This document shows, one piece after another, positions 41,623-55,548 of a DNA stretch of 64,000 nucleotides. How positions within the stretch are numbered: the first letter of the stretch is position 1; each line of letters starts with the position of its first letter. The translations under genes were made by a program, and so were the position numbers. The notes under the pieces are model-generated. The model was not told the origin of the DNA. It made no database searches and was given only the letters and a program-made list of their open reading frames with translations. Source of the DNA: the human T2T-CHM13v2.0 reference genome, Homo sapiens; NCBI RefSeq assembly GCF_009914755.1, contig NC_060925.1. One strand, given 5' to 3'.

Positions 41623-42278
41623 CACCCTTCTGCACACCTACAGCAGGCACTGGCTCTGTGACTAAGATGCTCCTCCCAGGGAGTCACCTTTGGCAGGTGC
41701 CTGGACTGTGACATGGGCCACTGAACTGCTCATCATTCGTCTTTCAAAGCCAAGGACTTTTCACTCCTCAGCAAAGTATTTCTCAATCAAAATGCTTATT
41801 GAACTTAAAACTGAATGGCCATCTAAAGGTTGGGACTAGCACTCCCACAGTCAAAGAAATGAAACTTTTGGCTTTGCTGATGCTGAGTCTTGGCTCAAGG
41901 TTCTGAGGCTGGATGAAATTCTGCCCTGTACTTGCAAACATTTGCAGAACTGCTCAGTCAGCCTTCCGGGAAAACCATGCCCACATCCTACTGGATTCCT
42001 CTAGCTTTGGTGTTGTCAACACAGAGATCACTGAGAGTTTAACTCCAAATCGCAGGCCTCCATTGTTCCCTGAACACAAAGGGCAAGAGAGAGAGTAATC
42101 AGATAACAAGTGATGAAATTATGGTTTTTAGTGGAAATACCTTCCATTTCTACAGCACTTCATCTTTTTGGAGAGCTTGCATAATATGGTTTGACCCACA
42201 AAACATATCTCAGAGGTGAAATTGAGCCAGACTTACTTTTTTATCTCCATTGTGCAGATGAAGAATCAGAAATATATA

Positions 42279-43450
42279 CAGTCAATGATGACTCACATAT
42301 ATGACAGTGGTCCCATAAGATTATAATGGAGCTGAAAAATTCCTGTTGTCTAGTGATGTCATAGCTGTGGTAACATCGCAGTGCAGTGCATTCCTCACAT
42401 GTTTGTGGTGATGCTGGTGTAAACAAACATATTGCACTGCCAGTCATAGAGAAGCCTAGCACATACAATTATGTAGAGTACTCCATAATTGATGATAATA
42501 AATGACTATGATACTTGTTTATGTGTTTATTATACTATAATTTTATGTTATTTTAGAGTGTACCCCTACTAAAAAAAAGTTAACTGTAAAACAGCCTCAG
42601 GCAGTTGCTTCAGGAGGTATTCCAGAAGAAGGTACTGTTATCCTAGGAGAGGACAGCTCCATGTATGTTGCCCCTGAAGACCTTCCAGTGGGACAAGATG
42701 TGGAGGTGAAACACAGTGATGCTGATCATCCTGACCCTGCCTAGGCTGAGGCTAATCGTGTGTGCTTGTGTCTTAGTTTTTAACAAAACAAAAAACTTAA
42801 AAACTAAAAATATTAAGTAAAAAATTTTAAAAATAGAAAAAAGCTTAACAAATATGAATATAAAGAAAATATTTTTGCATAGCTGTATAACATGTTTGTG
42901 TGTTGTGTTATGAAAGAATCAAAAAAGTTAAAAAAATAAAACATTTATAAAGTTAAAAAGTTAATGTATTATTGAAGAAAGAAAAATAAAGTTTTAAAAT
43001 AAATTTAGTGTAGCCTGAGTGTACAGTGTTTATAAAGTCCTCAGTAGTGCACAGTAATGTCCTAGGCCTTCACATTCACTCACCACTCACTCACTGACTC
43101 ACCCAGAACAACTTCCAGTCCTGCAAGCTCCATTCATGGTAAGTGCCCTATACAGGTGTACCATTTTAAATCTTTATATTGTAGCTCTACTGTATCTTTT
43201 CTATGTTCAGACATGTTTAGATACACAAATACTTAGCATTCTGATGCAGTTGCCTACAGTATTCAGTACAGTAACATGCTGTAAAGGTTTGTAGCCTAGG
43301 AACAATAGGCTATAGTCTATAGCAGAGGTATGCAGCAGGTTATACCATCTAGGTTTGTGTAAGTGCACTTTATGATGTTTGCACAATGATAAAATCACCT
43401 AATAATGCATTTTTCCAAATGTATCCCCATCATTAAGCTACACACGACTA
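42279..43450 (+). mobile_element. Tigger3b-like (TcMar-Tigger) non-autonomous element, near full length
   Basis: TA-flanked; cagtca...tggtcccataagattataatggagctgaaaaattcct...ggtattccagaagaagg...cattcactcaccactcactcactgactcaccc...cattaagc. Confidence 0.9.
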
Positions 43451-43477
43451 TATATAAAAAGATATAGAGTGAAGAGG

Positions 43478-43522
43478 TATGTGTGTGTTGTACGTGTGCG
43501 TGTGCATGTGTGTGCGTGCATG
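43478..43522. repeat. Degenerate (TG)n
   Basis: gtatgtgtgtgttgtacgtgtgcgtgtgcatgtgtgtgcgtgcatg. Confidence 0.8.
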
Positions 43523-45544
43523 CAAAAGGGAGGAAACATTTAATCACTTAAAATTATCTAAGATAATATCTAATGACAGGGACTTTTGTATCATTTAAAT
43601 TTTTTGTTGTGTCCCATCTCGAGGTTATCTGGAGTCACACTGACTCCAGGGCTCAAGCCAAACAGAGTGGAAATTCCCACAGCAGGAGCCAGCTTGCTAC
43701 TGAAGTTCACCTGCTCTTGACAAGTAAGAGTGGGGAGAATACGTCCCCAGTTTCATGGGCTTTGTGGCTCTCCTGTCTAGAGCCTCTGACAATTTCAGTG
43801 AATTGTGGAGAACTGCCAATAGCACAGACAAAATGCACAGAACTGATAAGCAGGATTTGAGAGTGATCTATAACCTAAAAGAACCAAATTAAGCTGCTCT
43901 TTAATTGCATGCAGTGGTCTAGAATTGTTTTCTTTCCCCCTTGTGTGTTAGTGCCCTTGGTGGCTTGGGTTCCCCTTCTCTTAGAAAACAATGGTTGGCC
44001 CAGGGTCACCCAAAGGCTGTTATTGGAGTGTTCACTCTTAACCCCTTCCCAAGCCATTCTATCTCTGTAATACCACTCCCTGGTCTAATAATCAACACCC
44101 CACCACCCTGAAGTCGTCCAGAACCCTCCTTTGCATGGGACACGAATGGCTGGTGCTTCATGCCAGGAACCACCCTGGTGACTAACCGAAGAGCCCAGCA
44201 CCACTTTATGTTATACAAGTTCTTGTAAATTTTGCATTTCATTTCTCCTATTCTCTGGGATCTCTTAAAAGGTGGGGGAAAAGCTGATAAAGCAAGTCAG
44301 TATATGTGCTAATTTTCCAATTCCAATTAAAATGGTTATAAAACATTTTTAAAAATTACTTTTGAACAAAAACCTTAACAGAAACTGAAAGGGCCTTGGT
44401 TAGTTCCTAAGAGGCAATATTCCATTTGGAAAGAAGTGTGTCTGTGCCCACTGTCCATGCTCCATAAGGAACACTCCAGGGAATGCCCAGGTGCAGCCTC
44501 TGGGAAGGGTTAGAGTGATTTTTGGCATCAACAGCACTCAGAGAGTCTCATGGCTTTGATGACTAGTCCCTGGCATTCCTATGGCTGCTGTGCCAAGTGC
44601 TATGTAATGGTTATCCCCAAATGTGGGGGTGCCTGGCCTTACAAAATTTACACTCTAGGCTTCTAGAGTTGCCTGGAATGGAAAAGGCAGAGATGCTGAG
44701 CTGGACTGGCCTCTTTGGAGTTAGGGAGGGGTGGGGAGGACCTGCAGGCATGTCCCCTGACTAGCTGCAGTTCCAGTTCAGCTCCCACAGTAGGAAAGTC
44801 TCTGCCGGTTGGGGTCTGTTCTGGGTCTGATGGGCAGGTTAGTGTGTTTTAGCCTCTGGAATCCATGTTGAGGTGCAAAGAGGAAGACCTTTACTCCTGT
44901 CTTCTGTTATAGTGAGGAGTGGTCTTCCAAAAGGGGCACACAATCATGGGGCCTGGGGGCTGAAGCCCGGCCAAAGAAGTTGGGCCAGGCCTACCTGATG
45001 ACCTCTCTCCTCCACACCACTCTTATCCCACAGAGGAGTGGAGCAGACAGCAGCTCCCCCCATTTTCTCTTTTCTCTGATGTCCACTTTGCGTTCACATC
45101 TCACTCCACTGAGACAGCTGCTGGGAAGTCTCGCTGCACCAATTCCGAGGCCAACTTTCAAGGGAGAGAAGCAATGACTGGGAGGGAAGTTTGCCTAGGC
45201 AACAAGGAGTAAGATCATTTTGCAATATGTGTTGGGTTAACTGTTGTATAAATAGTTGACCCTTCAGCGAGCATCACGACTCCTCTGCACTTCATTTTTT
45301 CTCCTCTTCCTTCAATTGGGAAAAGGCAATCCTGCATGGGTTGCAGAGGGCTAGGCAGGCATCCTCCAGAGTCAACTCTTCCTCCTCTGGGTCATTCATT
45401 CATCACCCTCCCAATCTCTTGGGTGTACAGTCTCCAGGCATTGCTTCTCCCACCACACAGCTTCCTTGCTGGTGTGAGAGTAGCCTGCAGAATGCACATG
45501 CTGGCCTCTGTGCTGGCAGCCTCTTGCCCATTATTTCTAAGTGC

Positions 45545-45930
45545 CATGGGTCAGGTTGTCTGGGAAACAGACTTTGAGAAGGAAATTTACATGCAAATGT
45601 GCTCTTGGGAACAATACCCATGAGGGAGAGAAAGGAGGCTCGGACACAAGGTTGAGTAGTGCAAAATCGTACTAGAGGCCTCAACTGATCTCACGGGGAG
45701 CTCTGAAGCCAAGTTGGCCCTTCAGAGATATCTTGAATGGAGGGAAAGGAGGAGCCCTTGGTACTGCTGCATCGTCCACTTGTGCCTGGGGCATGTAACT
45801 TTTGGGAGGCAGCTCCCACTGGCTGAAGGCAACTCCCAGGGAAGGACCGACCCATCAGCAGGCAGCACTCCCGAAGTCAGGAGGACTAGTGTCTTGGTTC
45901 ATAAGGGAGATGAGGGCAGCCTGCCTAGCA
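45545..45930 (-). mobile_element. LTR16A-like ERVL solo LTR
   Basis: ctgggaaacagactttgag...cacggggagctctgaagc...tggcccttcagag...gaggcagctccc...gctgaaggcaa. Confidence 0.7.
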
Positions 45931-47540
45931 TTTGTTCCTGTCAGAGACCAGAGAAAGAGGAGTATAAAGCTGCGGCCTCTGGTCTGCACTGCTCTAGGTC
46001 AACGCCTTGGCCTGATCCATCAGGATACAGGGCCAGGGGAGGACAAAGAAGAGTTTCCAGGGAGCCCTGCCAGTGGCTGGAAAAGAACAAGTGTCAGCTG
46101 GAAGCTGCAGGGCAGACCCAGTGTGAAGAAGAACTGGCTGCCATCTTGTAGATGGAGCCCAGACGACCAGCTTAAGCCTAACAGGAGAGTTCCAGTGCAG
46201 ACAAAGAGTTGGTCTGGAAAACACCCCTAATCGGGAGCCAGTTCTATGATGGTCTAAATCTATGACACTTTCACTAGATTCTCAAAGGTGATTACAACCT
46301 TACTCTGCTTTGCACTTCCTAGTGTATGTCATTTTTAAAGCATAGCAGACTCATAGGCACTGGGTGAGGAGAATAGCTGAGAAATGTTCTTGGGAACTGA
46401 GAAATACTGACCAAAGCTAGGAGTGATGTCTGCCTATCAGCGTTCACCAAGTCACTTTATCAGGTCCAGTGTGGTTCTCTGCTCTGTGTTCACCCCCTGG
46501 GTATCACTGCCACCTATCTTTATTTTTCTATTGCATTTGGGAGGAGGGACAGTGGGTGGCAACTGAGGAGAGGCTGTTTGAGAACCGAATAGGAGAAAAG
46601 TCCAGCTGTCTGCACTGTGAACCTTTCTCAGGCCATCAGGGGGCTGGTTGGCCAGATGCCAGGGAATGGTGGAAGGTTCTGGGCCTGCATTTCCTAGCCA
46701 AGAGCATTCAGTGTATAACTCTTAGCACCCTGTTATCCCTCTCCCAACACTATTGTGCAAAATTAGGTATAACCCCAGCCAGTCATTATCCCCAAACTAA
46801 CCTCACAAGCATACATCACAGGCTGATGCAACCCACATCCTGCGGCACAGTTAGCCGGCCCCTGACAACAATGTTTAAAGTGTGGCCAAGGGTGAAATAT
46901 TGCCTCACTGGTCTGAAAAGGCTTTTGCCACCAACAAAAAACCATTATGATAACAGGAAGGCGCCGAAAGCTAAGCATAGTATAGACAGGAAAGATCTCT
47001 CTTTCTCTACCCTTCACAAAAAAGAGAGAGGTTTTTAACCCTCCAGTGTCCGGCTAATTTCCTAAGTAACACTGGCCAAGGGTAACTGCAGCACCACACT
47101 GAGCTGGGCATTCAGGAGGGGCAGGAGTAGTTCTTGGCTGGAAGGCTGTCTGCCAGACAGCACCAGAGGTGGCACCTGGCTGTGTTACCAAGCGGCCTCT
47201 ATGGGTGCTAGGGGAAGGAGTGTGTGGAGCAGAGAGTACCATTGGGGCCTCACAAGCAATTTTTGCTTTTTAAGTTTCCTGTTTTTTCTTCATTTTCATG
47301 CCAACTGCATCAATCAAACATTTAAATAACCAAATGACAAATGTTGCTGGAAAGCCCACTAGGTACCTGTCAAGCACCACACTAAATGATTCAGGGGAGA
47401 GAAGGAACACACCTGCCCTTGCGTTATTTGGAAGAAGATAATACACATAAGAAAGAGAAAATGATAGCCTGATGAGCTGCCATGAGCACACCAGAAAGCC
47501 ACACAGGAGGTGCTGCTGAGGTCCAGGGCTGGAACAGACC

Positions 47541-47704
47541 AGTGGCTCATTTTTCCTTTTAGGTCCCACTGTCTACCATGGTCCACGTGGACCATCAGCC
47601 ACATGCCTTGCCCCTCGCTGGTCTCAAAGGTGGCATGAAATGGAAATATGGTCAATCAGAGATCTCCATTCCTTGGGCCACAGTGAAAGGTCCAGGGATA
47701 AACT
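47541..47704 (+). repeat. Left arm of 164-bp inverted duplication (copy of 48552-48715)
   Basis: Manual ungapped alignment to the reverse complement of 48552-48715: 14 mismatches in 164 bp. Confidence 0.95.
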
Positions 47705-48274
47705 GGACCTATCCAGTGAGTGGGTCAGTAGGTCAGGGAAAGCTTGCTGGAGGAAGGGTAACTTACGTAAACTAGGTGTGAAAGCAGGAACAGGATTCAG
47801 ATAAAAAAGCAGGTGTTCCAGGCAGAGACCCAGCAAGTGCCTGGCATACAAAAGGCCATGGTGAATGAATGAATAAATGTGGCCCACAGGAAAAAAAAAA
47901 GGCATTTCTGGAGTTTTCGGGCTAACCATTCAGAGAGGTCATCTAAGAGACAAATAGGGGAAGGGAGGGTTGAAAAGAAAGATTAGAATCAAAGGAAGTC
48001 TTGCACTAGGAATTAAGGTATTTGACTTTGATCTTTCATGATTTTCAGTGGGGACTCAGCAATAATCCAGCTTATAAGGCGATAAAGGTCTGACTTCGGG
48101 TGAGACTCAATGAGAAGTGGGGAGCAGGAGGGTGTCTTCCAGGTATAAAGCATGATGAAGCATGGTAGCAGGTGCTTTACTCACTCCAGTTAGGATGGAA
48201 AGGAAGGGACAGATATGAGAGACATTATGGAGACTAATAAAATAAAGATAAATTTGAGAAATCAAATTTGGATG

Positions 48275-48740
48275 CTGTTGTGGTTGCATTAGATTTAGTT
48301 GCAAATGGTAAAAACCTATATAAATTAGCTTAAAAAAAAAAGAAGAAGGAATGTATTAGCCATGTCACTAGGAAGTGTAAGGAAACTTCTTGCTGCAGGC
48401 ACAGCTCCACTCATGGCCAGGCTCCTTCTGTGGGCAGGCAAGTGTTCTAGGCAGCCCCAGACTCATCTCCCAGCAAACATAGGTGAGCTTTCCCATGACC
48501 TCTGGTAGAAAGGTCCCAGGAGAGACTCTGATTGGCCAGGCCTTGGTCAGGAGTTCATCCCTGGACCTATCACTGTGGCCCAAGGAATAGAGATCTCTGA
48601 TTGGCCAGATTTCCATTTCATGGCACCTTTGAGGCCAGAGAGGAGCAAGGCATGTGACTGATGGTCCACATGGACCATGGTAGACAGTGGGAACTAAAAG
48701 GAAATATAAGCCACTCCTGTTGGAAGAAGTGAGATGGGAC
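48275..48740 (-). mobile_element. Old MaLR LTR (MLT1K/J-like); contains right arm of the inverted duplication
   Basis: ttagttgcaaatggtaaaaacc...tagcttaa...gtattagc...ctctgattggccagg...cactgtggcc...ctctgattggccag. Confidence 0.7.
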
Positions 48741-50329
48741 AGCATGTAGGACACTCAGAAATGATAACTACTGTGGTTTTATGCTGGGGCCATTAACACA
48801 AATATGGAAAGCAGGAACTTAGGGTCAAGGAGATGATTTTAGGCATGTGGAGTAGAATCCTGCTGGGACAGAGCTGGTGGCAGGAGTCTGCCCCCTGTAG
48901 AGACACAAGGCTGAGATGACGGGGGTGTGGAACCTCCACTCCCTAGAACACTAAATCTCCAAAGCAGTTTCCACCTATTTCTGCTGACCCCAACGTCCTG
49001 AGCCAGTTTTGTCTTTAAAAAGTTGGAACCAGTGAACACAACCAGTGTAGAACTGCTCAGAGAGGAGGTCTGGCCTCCTGAGGCTGAAGCTCCAACCCTG
49101 CTTCTGAAATTCACCCACCCCTTCCCCACTGAGATTAATACCTAACACCTTAGTAGGTGCCATCCTATCACCAAAGGACACTCCAGCTCAGGCAAGGACC
49201 ACCCTGGACCTGCTGAAACCACAGGCTGGTCTTTGGTTGAAGTCTTTTCTTTGTTTTCACCATGAGAGCAGGCGTAAGTGGTGACCCAGAAAGGCTTGGA
49301 GACAGATGAATTACCTTGAGAGCACCTAGCCCTGCAGTTACTGTGTGCCCTCAGCCATCCCAGCTGGGGCAGCCACGGCAAACCCCCGAGCTCAAGCCAG
49401 CCAAGCCAGCATGAATGTGGTCTTCTAATGTTTCACTTTCATGGGTAATCTGAACATCCCCAGGCCACCTTCCTGTGGATCCTGTTTAATTCCAAAGAAA
49501 TTCAATAACACAAAGATCGTGTTCTTACCCCACTTGCCTACATGCCCATGAGCCAGTCCATTGATTACATCAATAGCATCCTCCCTGCTATTCCTGTCCC
49601 CTTCCGGTTTTCTCTCATTGATATCCTCACCCAAGAAGCCACTTGAGGGTACCATACTGCTGTCTGGGCTCTCAGGGTTTATGATAAGAGCACCAGCATG
49701 CAGGCCCACAGTGCTGACTTCCTGCAAGAGTTGGGATCATGGTTTTCTCCCTGACTCTGTGCCACACCTTGTCACCAGGGTCCCACAGAAGCAGAATATG
49801 TGCTCTAAGTATCACAAAGTACCTCATGAAAATAGCTCTTTAAACTTTTTCCTTCAAGCTCTCTCTCCATAGGGGCTGAAGACAGCAGCACCAGGGACCA
49901 GGCTGAAGACAGACACATCTCACTCCTCCATTGTCCTTCTCTCACTTTCATGATGCACAGTTAACAAGCAAGAGATCTTTCCACCTCCTTTGCTAAGAAA
50001 TGAAAGCCTCCATGCACATCAACTCATGCTAACAGACCCCTGAAGGGTCACTGTCCCCAGCTCTGCTCTGTGCACCATCCACATACAGAAAGACAAAACT
50101 GTCAAGCAAGGCTCCCCATCATGGTGACCATAGAATTGGGTCAGAACTCAGAACCATTCTGCTGAGAGCTCGTGTACACCCAGTGGCAGTAGCAGTGGAT
50201 GCAGACAAGTTAGCAAGGGCAGCAGGAGGACATGTGCTGATGGCCACACCTGGCTAAGACCCAGAGCCAGGCAAAGGCAGGCCAGGCCACAGAGGGACCT
50301 GACGTGCTACGGACTCATGCTTCTCTGCT

Positions 50330-50785
50330 GAAATGACACCCTTCACCCCGAACCCAATCATTGTCACGTCCTACCACATATTCCATCCCCAACCCCAATA
50401 CTCTCTGAAAAACCCTTGTTCTCCTCCCATATTGCTTCCTCCTCCCTCTTCTCTGCAAAGATGGCCCTTCAAACCCCAGCCTGATCCCAACCTCTTTCCC
50501 AAAGCCTCTTCTAAGTTGCCTCACCCACTCTCTCTCTCTCCCTCCTGAATCATAGTCAATTAATCTCCCAGTCCCCTCCATTCCACCTCAAGCTCCTTCA
50601 AATCTCCTCTCTTCTCTCCACCTTAGCTTAGGCTCCCCCATCTCTTGTCAAATGACCACTCCTTGCCTGTTCTTCCTGCTTTCTCTCTTGCCCCTTTCAA
50701 TCTATTCTCTACACTGTGGGGTTCATTCCAAAAGACAAATACAATCATGTCATGATCTACATAAACTCTTCTACAATAGCCAACA
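50330..50785 (+). mobile_element. L2 fragments
   Basis: cctctcttctctcca...cttaggctcc...tcaatctattctctacactg...atcatgtca. Confidence 0.6.
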
Positions 50786-50789
50786 CTGT

Positions 50790-51084
50790 TTTTCTATTTT
50801 GTTTTGTTTTTTGAGACAGGGTCTTGCTTGTTACAAGTGTGGTAGCATGAACACAGCTCACTGTAACCTCAAACTCCCAGGCTCAGGCAATCCTCCCACC
50901 TCAGCCTCCAGAGTAGCTAGGATTACAGGTGCACGTCACCACACATGGCTAATTTTTAAATGTTTTTTAGAGTTGGGGTCTCACCATGTTGCCCAGGCTG
51001 GTCTTGAACTGCTTGCCTCACGTGATCCTCCTGCCTCGGCCTCCCAAAGTGCTGGGATTATAGACATGAGCATTGCAGCCAGCC
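50790..51084 (-). mobile_element. AluJ
   Basis: Diverged dimeric Alu (ctcccaggctcaggcaatcctcccacc) with a small deletion. Confidence 0.92.
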
Positions 51085-51086
51085 TG

Positions 51087-51325
51087 CTAACACTTACTGT
51101 TGAATGCCTACTGCATGCTAGGCTCTGTTCTAAGTGCTTACATGCAAAATGTGTTGAAATCTCACAATAACCTCATGAAGTAGGCATTATTTCTCCCATT
51201 TCATAAAGGAGAACACTGAGGCCAAGAAAGGTTAAGTAACCTGGCTAAGGTCATACAACTAGTGACAGAGCCAGAATTTGAACTCAAGCCTCCAGGCTTT
51301 AAATTCCTCACTCTCGAGCAATGCA
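51087..51325 (-). mobile_element. MIR SINE, near full length
   Basis: gttctaagtgcttacatg...ctcacaataacctcatgaagtagg...actgaggcc...ggttaagtaac...aaggtcatacaactagtgacagagccagaatttgaactc. Confidence 0.9.
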
Positions 51326-51454
51326 CAGTAATTATACTGCTTCTCAGTTGTTCTCCAGTCTTCTTAGCTCATTTTTCTGGCTCCTGCCCACCTCTCTCTC
51401 CAGACTCATCCATTTTCACTTGCCCACATGCAGCTTTGCTCCCTCTTCCACCCC

Positions 51455-51660
51455 ACTGGTGTGCCAGTAAATATTTAACATTGGCTTTCTGGAACATAAA
51501 GGCCTGACTTGCAGCATTTGCCAACCTCCATGGTGTAAATGCTACCACTATGGCCGATTTCAAGCTATGAATATGATGTCACTGAATGCAGAGTTGGGAA
51601 GAGATGCGCACAATCAGTCTGTGAGCTGAGCTGGCAGGAGCTGGCTCCAGCACACCACTG
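51455..51660. mobile_element. Arthur1/MER69-like (hAT-Tip100)
   Basis: cactggtgtgccagtaaatatttaac...catggtgtaaat...gagttgggaagagatgcgcacaatc...ggctccagcacaccactg with terminal inverted similarity. Confidence 0.7.
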
Positions 51661-53174
51661 ATGGGATCCAGCTCTGTCACCCTCCATGACTCCACTTGTC
51701 AAGGATGGACTACCTTGGACCTCACACACCCCTCCACCTGATCACACATAGATCCGGAAAGTGCTGTTGAAAGCCCACATTTATTTCTTGTCCACCACTG
51801 GAAATCTTAAGGCAGAACTGAAGGCTGCTGTCATTTCCAGACAGGCCCCTGTCTCCTGCTTGCCACAGCAGATTTGACTCATCACAGCCCCTGCCCTCCT
51901 CCACCAGAACACCCCACGCTGCTGCCTGGGTCTGTGTGTCTGCGCTTCTCAATCCTCCCACACTTCCAGGGGGCCCATCTCTTCTCATTCCTTCCTGTGA
52001 TGATGTTTCTGGAATATGGATGTCCCATAGGCCCCTCCCATTCAGCCATTCTTAGGCCTCCTTCATCCTCTTTCTCCATAGACCCAACCCTTCCTCCATG
52101 TCCCAGTCTCTGACACCGCCATTCATCGCATCAGCCAAGCTAGGAACATGGGCATGATCTGAGACCTCCCTCCCCTCTCCCACCCCAGCCCAGGCACCAA
52201 GCCCTACAGAGTCTACCCTTGTGATATCTGTGGCCTCCATCTCCTGCCTCTCACAGTCACATCTCTGCTGCGGCTATCACCACTCTCTTCCTGAATTGCT
52301 GCCACAGTCTTCCACCTGTGTGCCTCTGCTCAGGCCCATCCCCACATCGCTACCAGGAGACCTGGCTCCCCATGACACCAAGCCTGCCCCTCCTGCTTCT
52401 CTCCTCAGTGCCTAGGGTGCCCAGAGTCCTTGCCTCTCACCCGGGCTTCCACACCTACCTGGGTTCTTCAGTGTGGGGGACCTGGTCAGAATGCTTCCTC
52501 TCTTCAATTTTGGTATCTAGCTCTCCTTTGGGCTCTGTATATGCCCCTGATTGAGCACTTCTGCCTCCTAAGTGGGAGTCTGGGTCCAGAGGTTTCCTCT
52601 TGCCCGGTCTACCCCAGGCCACATCCACAGTCCTAGGGGAAGGTGTCCGCCCCACTGTAGCACACATGTTTGCATCTCCTGTTCAAGTGGGACCTCGCTC
52701 TTACGCCAGGCAGCCCTAAGGATTGAGCTCCCCTGCTCAGAGGTCAGAGGATATCCCCAAGGTCAGGATGAGCTTCAGTGGACATCCTGGGGGCTACTCC
52801 TAGGGGAGGTGGCTAAAGGTGGGCATAGCTCATAGCTAGGACCCTGTATTTTCCTCCCAACTCCTAATTAAGGACCAAGTGGTTTACCCAAAAAAAGTAC
52901 TTGCTTTCCCTTTGTGTGTCTCCAGTGCTGTGTACAATAACCATTCCTACTAGGTGTGGCTTGAGAATAACATTTTCTTAATAAATATTTAATGTGGTGT
53001 TACCATAGAAACCACACTCACCATATAAGAATGGTCAGTTTTCACAGCCTCACAATCAAATGTTAATATTAATACTACCTACTGAGACTACAGCACATTT
53101 CCCTGGTCTTGGTTATTCTGAATCTTGTGGGACCTGGGGCCATCTCTAGGATCACCAGTCAGCATCTCTTTTCT

Positions 53175-53870
<696 letters not shown>

Positions 53871-54962
53871 TCTTTAAATGCAGTACCAGGTCACAGAGAT
53901 GTGTGGGATAGTCAGTTTACAGAACAACCCTGTGGAGAGAGTTTCCTCAGAGGAAACCACATTGGTGACCCCTCCTAACTCATCCAGAGCCACCTGAGCC
54001 AGTGAATTAAAAGCTCTTTGTAGAGAAGTGATGACTTGGGACAAATGCATTAGGTAACACTAAGTGTGCATGTGTTTGGGGTAAAGTGTTGGAGGACTGT
54101 GCTGGGCAGTCTTGGAGATGGTGCTGACCATGACTGAGCTACCAGGGTCCTTCCTCCAGACTGAGAAGCAAGAGTGCCCAGGAAGTGGGCAGCCAGAGCT
54201 CTCTAAAGGTCCCTCTTCCCAGATGAATTTTCTTTCTGACTGCAGGAATGCTGGGTTCTTGTTGCCTGGTTTGCTGACTGCCGTCCAGAGCCGCTGCTGG
54301 CCACAGCACACATCCAGCCTGAGCCTGAGCACGGCTGCCCGTCCACATTCCTGATGCCTTCCTCTTTCTTAGAGTCCGCTTCAAGTTATTCAGAAAACCA
54401 GAGTCTCCTCCATCTTCACCGTATCAGCTGTAATCTTGTCAGGATAAACCGATTGTGCTGGATCTTTTAAAGTCTATCTGTTGGAGGTTTCCAGGGAATT
54501 TATTTAGTGCTTATCTGATTAACTGGGGCCAATTCACTAAGCTTCCAAGTAATAGAATCTGCTTTAAGCTTCAAGACATCGAAACAAAGAAACTTAGACA
54601 AAGATGGCTGAGATAAAAATTCATAGTACAACAAAGGCTATGTTGTAGAGACTGTCAGAAACAGAAAAAGTTTAGGACAGAATTTATATAGCTCTGAGGG
54701 TGGGGAGCAGGGCAGGTAATTCAATCCTAGGCAGCAAATGTGTGACAGAGTAAAAAAAAAGCCTCCTTTTCTATTTAAGTAGCCAGCATGTCATTGTTTT
54801 TGAAGTAGTTGACTGATTTTTGAATCTGGTACGAGACTATCAAGATCCATCTTTAACACAAGAAACCAAGAACAGTAGTTATCCAGGCAGGGTGGGAACT
54901 GAGAACAAGGGAACAAGACTGGGAGAAAGCATTTTTGCTGTCTAAGAGTATTTATACTTTTT

Positions 54963-55280
<318 letters not shown>

Positions 55281-55318
55281 TCAAACCACATAAATGTATT
55301 ACACCTTTTGAAAATTAA

Positions 55319-55548
55319 CCCATTTCCTGTTTAGAAAATAAAAGTGCAGCTCACTGCCAGCAATTTTACATAAATATGCTCTTTGAGGCTGAAGGAAATC
55401 TGATTTTCGGTATGAAAATAAAATATATAAACTATTTTTGGAGTTATTTCTAAGCAGAACTTGTCTCTAATCCTAATGTAACAGAAATATATATGATGTT
55501 CCATTAGGATTAGAAGCAAGAGTATTCTCGGGGCAAACAGAAAATGGG
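55319..55548 (-). mobile_element. MER75B (piggyBac-family MITE)
   Basis: TTAA TSDs at 55315-55318 and 55549-55552; 14-bp TIRs CCCATTT(C/T)CTGTTT; subterminal hairpin 55460-55520. Confidence 0.9.

Larger units (their letters stand above)
47305..48960 (-). mobile_element. L2 (antisense), interrupted by MLT1 LTR and its inverted copy
   Basis: tcaatcaaacattta...ggtcagggaaagcttgctggagga...ttccaggcagaga...atttgactttgatc...ggcatgtggagt. Confidence 0.6.

Noticed and set aside
46469-47038. 189-aa ORF with GTG start
   Set aside because: No recognisable homology or exon structure; non-ATG start in a eukaryotic genome.
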